A stretch of 64,000 nt of DNA from Callorhinchus milii (Eukaryota): NCBI RefSeq assembly GCF_018977255.1, contig NW_024704743.1:73472001-73536000 (forward strand). The letters are read 5' to 3'. Both the position numbers and the translations under genes were made by a program. Below are positions 25,161 through 36,907 of the stretch, one piece after another (position 1 is the first letter of the stretch; every line of letters starts with the position of its first letter). The notes beneath the pieces were generated by a model. That model was not told the origin of the DNA, searched no databases, and saw only the letters and a list, made by a program, of their open reading frames with translations.

Positions 25161-26651
25161 AATCAGAAAGAGGAGCAACATATTTAACAGAAAATCTGAA
25201 CTTTTTAACAATCGTTATAAGTTGGGTTAAATATACTCTTTAAACAATTACTGTTTCCTTACGAATTAATACAAATGTGTCTACCATCTATGCTACGCAT
25301 TCACAGGGACCCCTTTTGATTCATGTACCTCTGCATCACTTATATTGTTACAAATCCGTGTTTTATGTCAACAAATTCAGTTAGTTAATTTATCTGAACT
25401 AAGGGACTGCCGAGGAAAGAGTATCTAGAGAATAGAAATGTTATTTGTCTTTTACAAAGACAACATCTATGGTTGTCTGTGGTTGCTAGTGCTAAGATTT
25501 GATCGCCAGTGCTGTGGATGAGATAACAATGGCCTTGAAATCTCTATCACTATAAATCATTTGGTCTCATTGTCCTGCACCTTTGTGTTTAACATTAATG
25601 AACACAGAAAAACAGGGCCTTTTGTTCAATCCTTTGACTATCTGTATATTGATTGAGAAATCCTAGAACAAAATCTTTGCCTGCTTTGTAATGTTTTCTG
25701 TCTGTTCACTTTGTTTTTTTACTTTGTTTTGTTTTTTATGGTGTTGACATTTTCAGCTGATGTGTTGAAAACAAATTCAACTCTGCACAAAAGTGCTTCT
25801 AATTTTTGGAGGGCAGATTACACGAGTGAGTTCCCTTATACTAGTGTATACAATTGTATTTCTTTATGTTCCCATCTCCTTGACACCTGCATCATTAGTG
25901 TGCCCGTGCTATGAGCAGTTTGGTGTTCTGTTTTTAGTGCTGGTCCGTTTGCTTTGCTGATTGTCATATGGACGTTAGGTAGTGAACTGACATTTGCTTT
26001 CCACTGCCTGCTTTCTGCTGTGCCAGAAAAGCATTACATTCGTTCCTTGACAGATAGTCGTGAGGATTTTTTTTGCTTTTCCCACGAATATATATGTAGA
26101 TGAAGAATATGCAGGGATAGCTGCAATGTAGGCCACGATTTTCAAGGAAAACATTGCAGTAAACAGCTTTCTCTGTCTTTTTTCAAGTGTAACAGGTGAA
26201 GCAAGATTTATTAGCTGTAACTGCACCGTTGTTGTTCTGCTATAAGCTTGGACACAAGACTAGATAATTTGCTTTTCCATGCTTCTTTACTGTCTGTCAT
26301 ATTGTAATGGATTTGTTTTTAAACCAAAAAAGTAGTCTTTTGGGCACCAAATGTTAACTTGTCAACTTTTATCAAACATTATGATGCTAAATGTTTCTGT
26401 CTTTTTTGCAGTTTTAAAAAATGCAAGCTTTATACTGTATTAGTTACCAGAAGGTGTTGTTCAACAGCACAATTGACTCAACTTACATAGTTTTTAATGA
26501 ATGAACCACAGTACCTTTTGAAACCAGGAACAAATTACATTTGGCATTACTGCATTTGGTTAACCTAAAGTGAGTACATTCTCCAGTCAGAAGCTTTGTT
26601 GTGGTCGATCTAAGGCATCAACTGAACTATGCACATTCTGCATTTGTGTAA

Positions 26652-27212
<561 letters not shown>

Positions 27213-28371
27213 CCATGACCACCAAATATTAATTTACTTCCCTCTTAAATATTTCATCTACAACATTTTGGCAGTAGTGAATTGCAAATTTCCATAATTC
27301 CACAATACTTTGTGTCAAAAATTGCTCCTTGGCCATTTTTATGTTGTATGTACTCATTTGACACACACCACAGGTTAAAATGTGCTCCATTCAGTTTCTA
27401 ACCTCATCTGATCATTTTGCTTTTATAATATAATGGAAAATGCAATGTTTGAGAGTTGATTGAATAATTATTATTGAATAATTATAATTAATGAATGAGT
27501 GAATTAATTATTATAATTATTGAAAAGTGCCAATTTTCCATCCATCCCTGAAGACAGACCAGAATTTGAAGACTCCCTATACCATGCTCTCTGCTTCCTT
27601 CCCATCTCACCACAATTGTTTGCTTCTATTTTAACCTAAAAATTCCTGCTGCCATCTCATCTGCCACCTCTGCAATGCCTGGATTTGCTTATCAATGCAG
27701 GTGCAGCACTTGAGTGCATTATCATGTTTGAATTGCAAGTACGGTCAGCATACATATGTATATCACAGGAAAATCTTTCACTTTATGGTTGTTTGTTGTG
27801 TGCTATCTTGAGAAAATTGTTGTTTTGGTCAGCTGAGTGTCTGACACATGCAGAACCCCATTGAGATGCTTATGAGTATTCAAACCAGACTGTTCCACAT
27901 AGGCATGCCACCCACACATGGAAATTTCCCTTTGTCTGGAATTGTACGCACTCTCTTCCGGGCGGTGGGATCACACCCCACTTGCCTAACACCAGAGAAT
28001 ATTAGGCACTGGTTGGCAAGAGCCAAGGCTCAGGCAACCCAGAGTGTGCGCTGTTGCAGTTTAACCAGCATTATTTTTAACCTCATTGGCATTATTTAGC
28101 CTAATGTCTAAAATTCAAAATTGAAGCTTTGTAATCATCATGCAAACCAACAATTATTGCATTGACTTCAGAACATTAGAAATTCTATATTTAAAGTTAC
28201 ACTCTCTGCAATTTTATTGCCTTTAAGAAATCAAAAATATAATCAATATTATACTTTATATATGTACCTCATTTCAGGACTTATTACTGAAAGTGAATCA
28301 TTATTGAAGAAAAGAGATTATCAGAACAGTAAAGTAAAAAAAAAATTGGTGTATAATATTTTTAATTAATT

Positions 28372-28665
28372 ATAATAAATAATAATCCTTGCATTTTATA
28401 TAGCACCTTATCACATGATCAAAATGTCTCAAAGCACATTGCAGGAATTACTGTAAACTGACTATTTTATGAGTGAATGTGACAGCCAATTTGCGCACAG
28501 CAATGTCCCACAAACAGCCAAGAGTGAGTGACTAATTTATCAGGATGATTATTAGCAATACCCCAGGATCTTTAGCATCCATCTGAACAGACAGCCAGGA
28601 CTTCAGTTTAATGTCTCATTGAAAGGATGGCACCTCCGACAATGCAGTGCTCTCCAAGCATTATT
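28372..28665 (-). mobile_element. Deu-SINE
   Basis: Reverse-complement tail and core (gtttaatgtctcattgaaaggatggcacctccgacaatgcag). Confidence 0.7.
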
Positions 28666-29809
28666 TTGGATTATCAGCAATCATTTCTTGTTTCTTTGAC
28701 TACCTAACTGACTGTTGCTTAATGAATTGATTGCTATTTCAGAAGCTTTTCAGTTATGTGAACTTTGTTCCTGGTTCCCTTTTCAATCTATATTTATCAG
28801 GTTGGAGCACTTGTGGAGATATTCTGAGACCTCTGACCCTTTTATGCTAACTTTAGATATCGGGTATAATGTCCTGAAGTGATTTGGACAACTTGCACTG
28901 GGGAGTTGGTGAATCAATGTAAGGTTTCTGAGCAGCAGTTTAATAAGGCAGCGTAAATCTCTGATTCAATACGGACAGCACATTGTGATCTACTGATGCA
29001 GTTAATCAGTCAAAGTGTTATTTTTATACAAAGGTAAAGCTCATTTAGCGTGGGAAACCAGCAGAGCAAACTCAGTGTGAAAGCAGGTGCAATATAAATT
29101 GCTGCTTCATACTGTTGTGGGTTGCATCAGTCCTATCTGCCAAATATTGTCACATTGGAATATTCTGCTCTTCAGCAAACATAGTCTGCTCTTTTCTGGT
29201 AGGTTACCAAATAATATAGTAAACTGGATTCTCCTAAAACGGATCATCGTTTCTATCTACAATGGGCTTTGGCCAAAATATGCATACATTTATTATAAAT
29301 GAATGTGCACAGTAATAATTAGAGGTTGCTTATTTATGTAACTAGCAACCAGTGAAAATGATTAACTTTGTTAACTGCATAATTAATATTTGCATATTAA
29401 CAACTGGGTGTTAAAGACACATGCAGAAACCCATTGTCATGCTTAAGTGTTTCCAACACAGATTGAGTATTCTACACATGCCACCTACACGTGAAAATTC
29501 CCCGTGTCTGGAATAGAATACACACTGTCTCACTGGAGAGATGCACCCCACTTACCTTCCACAGAGGATGAGGCACAGTTTGGTGAGAGGCAAAGCTTGG
29601 GAACCCCATAGTGTACATTGGGGTACTGATGGAGTTTAACCAACTATACTGTATAGTTTGCTATTCAAAGCATTATTTGGAAGCTTCTCACTGTTTGTCC
29701 AGCTAGGACCACCTTACCTATTAGGGTTTGGGCGTGATAGGAACCAAGTAAGAAGATTTCCTGTCCCGGTGGCCAATCTGCCCCTCTAAGTCCTGCCAAT
29801 GAGACAATT

Positions 29810-30068
29810 GCTGCCTGTTCAAGGGGCCATTGCAGATCCTATGGCATTATTCAAAAAGAGAAGGGAGTTTCTCCCAGTGTCTTGGCCAGCAATCTTCCTG
29901 ATAAAATTGGTCATTCATTTCATGGCACTTTGTGGGACACTGCTGTGTGCAAATAGGCTGTTGCGTTCATTTACAAACACAGTCATTCTATTTCACTGTG
30001 AAGAGCGTTGGGACGCCATGCTGACGTGAAAAGCATTATACCGATTGAAAGGATTATTAATATTATTG
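29810..30068 (+). mobile_element. Deu-SINE 3' part, ending about 40 nt before the terminal exon
   Basis: gatcctatggcattattcaaaaagagaagggagtttctccc..tgtgggacactgctgtgtgcaaat..gagcgttgggacg..ggattattaat. Confidence 0.7.
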
Positions 30069-30112
30069 TTACACGGAACTTTATCATGTTTATCTTTGTT
30101 TATCTTCAGCAG

Positions 30113-33100
30113 TGCATCAGGAAGTGGCCCCATGTTCAAACCCACAACAGTGGCTGTTGAAAATCAGTTGAAACAAGGTGGTGCTGCTTCCACCACTGGT
30201 CGAGATGGAAATGGAAGAAAGAATAATTCCCTTGTCTTATTCAAAAAGGAACAGACAACAAAAAAAACTTGGGAAAACAACCTTCAATGCCCCCATTGCA
30301 GTAACCACTGTATTCATGTTAGATCCGCAGCACAAATACAAGGTAATTTAGGCTTGAAGCCCTTTAGTCTTTTCAAAAACAAAGGCAGCCCATGCCTCCC
30401 CACTCACAAAGCTAGTGTCTCATTTTCCTTCTCAAAAAAGGCCCCTTTGAAACTGGAGTCATCGGCCTCGGTTTTCAACGACACCATTGAAGAAACAAAC
30501 CATGGTGATGAACTGCATTGCCACGCAGGAAAAGCAGCATTCGAAACTGAGATGTCCGAGATCCCTTCAGGGATAAATACCACTAAGACCCTTGAGCATG
30601 ATGAGGCCAGACAGTCCCCAGTGGACAGTGGCACTGTGAGCAATCCGTTTGCAAGAGTAAGAAAGTTAAAGGCGCTCATGCTGAAGGAAAATAAAGATGA
30701 AGCAGAAAAGGAATATTATTGCTATACTCCCACGCATTACAAACCCAAGACAAATTTCCCTTTCTTGTTTTTTATGAAGTCTTCTGAGAAGACAGATGCA
30801 AGCAAATTGGTAGCTCAAGATAGCAAAGCCAAAGTGTCTCAGACTGCTGGCTCCGAGCTTAGATGTACCAAGTTTCCTGAAAGTGGGGATGAAAAGCATG
30901 AGGACACAGATGGCAAGAAAATGTCAGCTTCGGTATCACATCTTTCTGCTGTGCAGCAACCAGCCAAGCAGGAGGAAGGGGGCACTCTGCACCTGGAGAG
31001 CTCCAAAATTCGAGGCGAAGAGTCATCTAAGTGTAAAGCAAGAATGTCTGACTACTCACCTCTAGATGATGGAAAAGTAAGCAGTGTGGGTCCATTGGAC
31101 GGGCCAAAGCAAATAACCGAGCCCTTTCTCCCAGTGCTAAGCCGCAATGAGGCCACCTTGCTTCAGTGGCCTTCTGAACTTTTACTCTTCACAAAGGCCG
31201 AGCCTTCCCTCTCCTACAGCTGCAATCCATTGTATTTTGATTTTAAATTGTCAAGAAATAAAAACAGAGAGAATGGTGCTTCAGGGCAGGAAACGGATAA
31301 GGAGGGTGAGCAAAACGTGAGCACTGCTGTGCAAGACGCGACTGGGACAGACACAGCTAAAGAACGAAATGGAAGCCTGAACAGCGAGGGAGCTCCTGTT
31401 CAGGAAGAGCAGCTAGCAACTGGCAAATCGAAAAAGAGGAAGAACCGCAAAAAATCGAGCAAGAAGCATAAGTCAAAGTCTGGAGAAATTCAGGCAGAGA
31501 ACATCAGCAAGAGAAAGAGAGGGAAGAAACGCAAACATAAACACAAGGATAACACAGAAAAGGAGGGCGCAAGTCCACCGAAAATGTCCATCCCTGGTGT
31601 TGTGGAACAGTTGTGTGAGGCAACTTTTAAAGAGGAACAATATCTTGTGTTTAGCCAAAAGCGAGCTTTACAGAATGAGCTCTCTAACAACAGCAATGCA
31701 CCAGAGCAAGGCAGCAACAGTGAGAAATGTTCACGTTTCCCTCTTAAAGCCAGGAACAAAAGGCAGAAAAGATCAGCTTGTAACTCTTTGAGTCACTTCA
31801 AAGAAGCTTGTAAAGATCAGAAGGAGCCTAGATCCAGACTAAATTTAAACAGCAATGTCACTGAGAGTACTGAAGACAATCACAAAAGGCATCATAAATC
31901 ATCTTCCCGTCATAGCTATGAAGATGATTCAGACAGTGATAGAAGCGTTTGCCGAAAATTCAGATGCTATTCATCTTCCCATGACTCATCATTTAAGTCA
32001 TCTTCCGATAGCTATTCTGATACCTCAAGTGACCGCAGCAGAACCAGCCACAGTAGCAGAAGTTATTCTGACGGATCGAGCGATTACAGTAACAGAAGTC
32101 GATCGCGACGTTATTCGAAAAGGCACCATGGGTTGTACCGAGATTACAAATATCATTCCAGGCATAAAAGGAAAAGGCACAATGATTCATCTGTGTCGTC
32201 ATTGTCTTCCAATGATGATCATTATTATCAGAGAAGAAATGATAGTATAAGCAAAAACCGAGGCAGCACCCAAACAAGACCCCACACACACACAAGAGGC
32301 CGAACACACAGCCGGAGCTGGAGCTCTGGTGAGGGACGATCTCACAGCAGAAGCAGAAGTAGGTATAGGAGCAGGTCAAGGCAGAGCCGAAGTAGACAAC
32401 AAAGTTCCAGCAAAGATTATTTGAGCAGCAGACGCCACAGTTTAAGGAGGTCGAGTTCCAGGAATACGGAGGAGCACGGCTATGACAGACTGAGTGACAG
32501 GCAGACAAGACATAGGAGCTCGAGGTCTTTCTCGCGAGATAGAGTCTACCATATAAGGTCACCTCATTACAATAGCAATCAAGAGGCAATGAAAGTCTCA
32601 GGCAGGCAATATGGAACACAAAAGAAAGAAGATATGGGCCAGAATTACAGCACAAGTGCAACTAATGTAATCCAGAAAAATGAGAGCAGACCTTGCTCCA
32701 GCCTTCCACTAAAAGAAATGATTCAAGAGGAACAAAATTGCCTGATAGCGAGGAGTCTGTTGGAAAAGGTGCAGTATAAGAAAATGGAAGAGAAAACAAT
32801 CATTATAGAAGAGTTAGCTTCAGTCTCAAACAAACTAGGTATAAAACTGAAGGATCCTCCTCAAGGTTATTTTGGTCCCAGGCTTCCTCCCTCATTGGGG
32901 AATGTGACATTGTTACCATTAATTGGAAAACTGCCTGCCACAAAACAAGTAGGTGTGAGGAAAGACGACACTGGCAAAGATGATAACAGTGAGAAAATCG
33001 ATAACCCTGAACATTCGGAAAAGAATGGAAATGGAATTGCACTAACTATTATTCAAGAAGTGAATCTTTATCCCGAAGAAGTAAGCGAGGATAAAAGAGA

Positions 33101-34022
33101 GGCAGAGGCAGACACAATGTGCACTGAGATACAGAGCACTAAGGAGGAACAGGCAGTCCTGGCTATGTACCAAGTGCAGCCTGGTGAGGAAAACATTACT
33201 CCTGTTACTGAAGAAATGTCCAGTGTTGTTTCCTCTACTGGAGATATTTTTATTGATGACCCACGAGAGGTCAAGGAGGAAAATCCCCAAATGGCGTTTT
33301 ATGATTGTGATGTTCTGGACACTGATCCGGTGGGAGAGGTTCAGTTTGGTTATTACAACACTGACGTACAGAGCATTGAGGAAACTGAGCCTCAGCACAA
33401 ACAACATTCCAAATCAATTTCACCCCCTCTGTCTGCCCAGCCTATCATCTTCACACCTGAAGAAATGGAGAAATATGGCAAATTACAACTGCAGGCCCAG
33501 CAACACATCCAACAACAGCTTCTTGCTAAGCAAGTCAAGACTTTCCCATCATCGGCAGCCGTCACGTTTACTCCAGCACCTGCACTCCAGCCAGTTTCCA
33601 TCCAGCAGCCATCCTCCACTGCCACGTCTATCACTACTGTTCACCACACCCTCCTGCAGCATCGTGCTGCTGCCACCCTTGCTGCTGCCTTGCATCCAAA
33701 TGCCCACCATCAACCTATGGCCCAACTGCACCACATTGCTCAGCCTCATATCACACCCTTCTCTTTTTCCCCAATCACTCACACCATTTTTCCTGCCCAT
33801 CCTGCCGCTTTTCTAGCGGGACATCCACTGCATTTCATCCCGGCTGCGGCTATCCATCCAGCCCATCTGACACTTCACCCACTGCCGCACTCCGCCCTCT
33901 ATCCAACTCTCTTTGCCCCTCACCCAGCTGCAGCTGCCGCTTCCACTATCCATCTGCATCCTCTGCTTCACCCTCTGATCTCAGGGCACGATCTGCAACA
34001 TCACTCCGGTCCCAACACTTGA
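30113..34022 (+). CDS. GPATCH8: Large terminal coding exon of a GPATCH8-like protein (K-rich, RS-rich and His/Pro/Ala-rich C-terminal regions)
   Basis: Uninterrupted ORF after a polypyrimidine tract and cagcag acceptor. Recognisable blocks: GSGPMFKPTTVAV, SFSFSKKAPLKLES, NFPFLFFM, PFLPVLS..LQWPSELLLFTKAEPSLSYSCNPLYFDFKLSRNK, an RS-rich tract, KLKDPPQGYFGPRLPPSLGN, FTPEEMEKY..QQHIQQQLLAKQVK and LHPLLHPLISGHDLQH. Stop TGA at 34020-34022. The ORF-track start at 30045 is intronic. Confidence 0.93.
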
Positions 34023-35097
34023 AATAAGCCTCCAGAAATAAAATGAAAGCAACATGTCAACAATAATTTTAAATCACTTCAGTTCATTCATACTGTGTGT
34101 TAACCTTGCAATTAGTAAGGCACTCTATAAAATGCTTTACTCAAACCTTTCTGAGGTGTTTTGTGTGGATTGTGATCAGATTATAGCTTTCACAAATACA
34201 TTTCTCGGATAATGTGGGGGGAATATCTGGTGATATATGTGATGCTCTGTGCAGTATAATAATTGTCCATGTCACAGAGACCATCTACCTTAGTGACTAA
34301 TAATGGGGCCTGTCTATCTTTTGCTGATCTCTAAAAATAGCTTTCTTTTCGTTACTTCCTGGTAATGGGATTTCGTGTTATAAAGGCAAAGCAAATAGAT
34401 ATTTTGAGCGATTAGCATGAGATAGACCCTGATGTCTGCCATGTGTAAGAGTCATGCTATTTTCCAGACAGCCTCTTCAAAGCTCCCCCTATGATAGAGT
34501 AGTCTTTTGTAAGGACACTGGGGTCAAGATTCTGTTTCCATTATTTCAAACGCTTCAAATCCAAGGTGTTAAATTATGGATTCAGGTCGCATCCTCCACA
34601 AAACTGTTCCCAAAATATGCCGTCTTAGTTAAACTGAATGTATTACATTTGTATTTTTTGTTGTGAATAGCTCTTTAGATTTTTTGGTTTCCTTTTAAAG
34701 CTTTTTGTATTTTGTGTAAAAAAGCAAAGTGCAGTGTAAGTAGATAGAATTACACTGAATACTGTACATGCAGTGCTACTTTGTTCGGCTTCCCCATGTA
34801 AAATGGGATTATATTACTGTATAATGCAATAATATTTTTCCATAACAAATTTGACTCTATGGACTAATGATATTGTATATAACATAGTTCCTGATGTAAA
34901 TAAAGTCACTCCAGTAAAATACTGTACTTTAGAAGTAAAAATCTGTATTATACTCTCCCAATCTCAAATACTATCTTTTTATTTACTGTATTGTATATTT
35001 GTCTTGAAATTTGTTAGGGTTTACATACAAGTGTCTATATGATACTCTTCTGTGCTCAATAATAATGATTGTTATATGGCAGGAAATCAGAAATAAA
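34023..35097 (+). other. Probable 3' UTR with candidate polyadenylation signals
   Basis: Repeat-free AT-rich sequence after the stop codon. AATAAA occurs at 34037, 34899 and 35092 (also 35354). Pumilio-type motifs TGTATATA (34874) and TGTAAATA (34895). The true end is unknown. Confidence 0.6.
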
Positions 35098-36009
35098 TTG
35101 TGACACAAACAAAGAGTCTGGTATATTTTCAACGGAGGAAATAGGATGATATTTGTTGCCAGGGTAACACTAGGTGTGAAGGTCTTGTTTCCACCTGAAA
35201 GAGAGATGAGATTTTGAGCAGTTGCCTGGTCCATACAAAACATTGGTCAATGAAAAGTGTGGTGACTGGTGTAACCACATTTATTTTATAAAAAGGCTGT
35301 TGAGTAAATTATAGGTTGTCAGAACATTTGACAGACTAAATATTACAAGGGTGAATAAAAAGTATTTTAGTACACCTCACCAGCAGAAATTGAAGTATTT
35401 AATGTACAGAGGTACAGATTCACAATGCGATTTTACAAAAATTCAATCATCTAGAATCCACAGACTCTGTTAAGCATTAGCCGCCTATTATCGTCCCAAC
35501 CCTATTCAATCCTTCTTGCGGAAGAAGTTCAAAACAGCTTACAGCTGAATGCCACTTAACTTGTAGAGAAAGCACTGATAAAATTAGAATCATAGAAATT
35601 AGAAGTCAGAGGAAATGATTCAGCTCATCAAGCCTATCCTGGTCGTGCTTCCTCCACTGACGCTAATTATACCCAATCCCCCACTCTTTCCCTGTACCTA
35701 TTGTATTGTTTCTCACCGAGTGGCACAGTGTCCCACCCATAGTGGTGGCTGCCTCCGAGTGTGAAATCATGGTTCTGCATAGCTCAACAACAACATGTTA
35801 CACTTGTATAGCACCCTTCACCTCAGAAAGACGTCCCAGGGCGCAGAACAGTTAGGGGATTTGGGATCCGAGCTGGGAGTTGGGGTAGAGGATGGGGTGG
35901 GGAGTGGTGCGGGGGGAGCTCAGGAGAAGACATTGAAGGTACTGATTGGAGGATACAAGGGACATCAGTCCCGATTGTTGATTCTAATTGGTACCTGGTG
36001 GGGTGATGG

Positions 36010-36280
36010 GGGAGTTGACAGCAGCATTTGCCTGGACACTATCCTGAAGGGCTGCAGAGAAGGAGCAAAGGGACTCTGGATGTGTTCATTTCTCTTCGAG
36101 GACAGCAAGGTCCCAATGCAGATCAAGCTTGTGAAACATAAGACCTTTGTGCAAACGGTCCTCCTTTATGGATCTGAGCTCCTGGGGATGCAGTGGAGAG
36201 GCTTCCTCCAGCTCATTTGCAAAATCCAGGATCAGACTGTGAGGTGGATTTGTGGCAAACACGGGAAGCAGCTATAGGGA
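36010..36280 (+). mobile_element. Ancient RTE-like LINE relic
   Basis: IKLVKHKTFVQTVLLYGSE..IQDQTVRWICG. Confidence 0.5.
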
Positions 36281-36758
36281 GGGAGGGCTCTAGCCTACAC
36301 TGACCTGTCGCTAAGCACCGTGGAGGCAGAGTTGGCTTTATAGCGGGCACATCTGGAAAGCATTACTTGGATTCTGAGTTTGTGAACACGTCTGTACATA
36401 CATCACTTAGAATCCACCTTGATTAGTTCACAGAGAGGTAAGCAACTGCTGCTCAAGCTCTGCACATCAAACTGGTGGAACTAAAAATGAATCGAAAGGG
36501 ATGTGTATTGAAGCTGTGGACAGGAAGATGGAAGCAATGCTCTGACGCATTTCATGCTGAGCTGCACTGCCCACCTACCTGGACTGGGCCTGACCCCAAA
36601 ATTTCTAAAAAGATTTCCTTGGGCCAAACATTTCCCCGAGTGGGTGACTGTGCAGACTCTTGTCTCCCAACTCTTCTAGAGTGCACCAACACCACCCAGA
36701 GCAACCTCACTATCCTTGCTGGCCTTCACAGTGGCCAGGGACATTGACTTTCACTCAG

Positions 36759-36907
36759 ATTGTTTGAATCCCACGATCAAAAGATAGCTTATTCGCTATC
36801 TACTGCTCACGAGATTCAAACAATTATTTTGCCGGTACCGGCCTTTTCTAAAAATGCCATAATGCCGGAACTGGCATTGTAATTACACTTAGCCAGAAAT
36901 TCTGGCT
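36759..36907. repeat. Multi-palindrome element (Eulor-like DNA-transposon relic)
   Basis: Four adjacent inverted repeats read directly from the sequence; the family name is from recall only. Confidence 0.55.

Noticed and set aside
30045..30112. Apparent hydrophobic signal-peptide N-terminus (MKGLLILLL...) of the 1325-aa ORF
   Set aside because: It starts at a non-ATG codon in a SINE tail and polypyrimidine tract; family homology begins only after the splice acceptor.
31855..33816. Long alternative-frame and antisense ORFs over the terminal exon (131-222 aa)
   Set aside because: Shadow ORFs of low-complexity coding sequence with no recognisable motifs.
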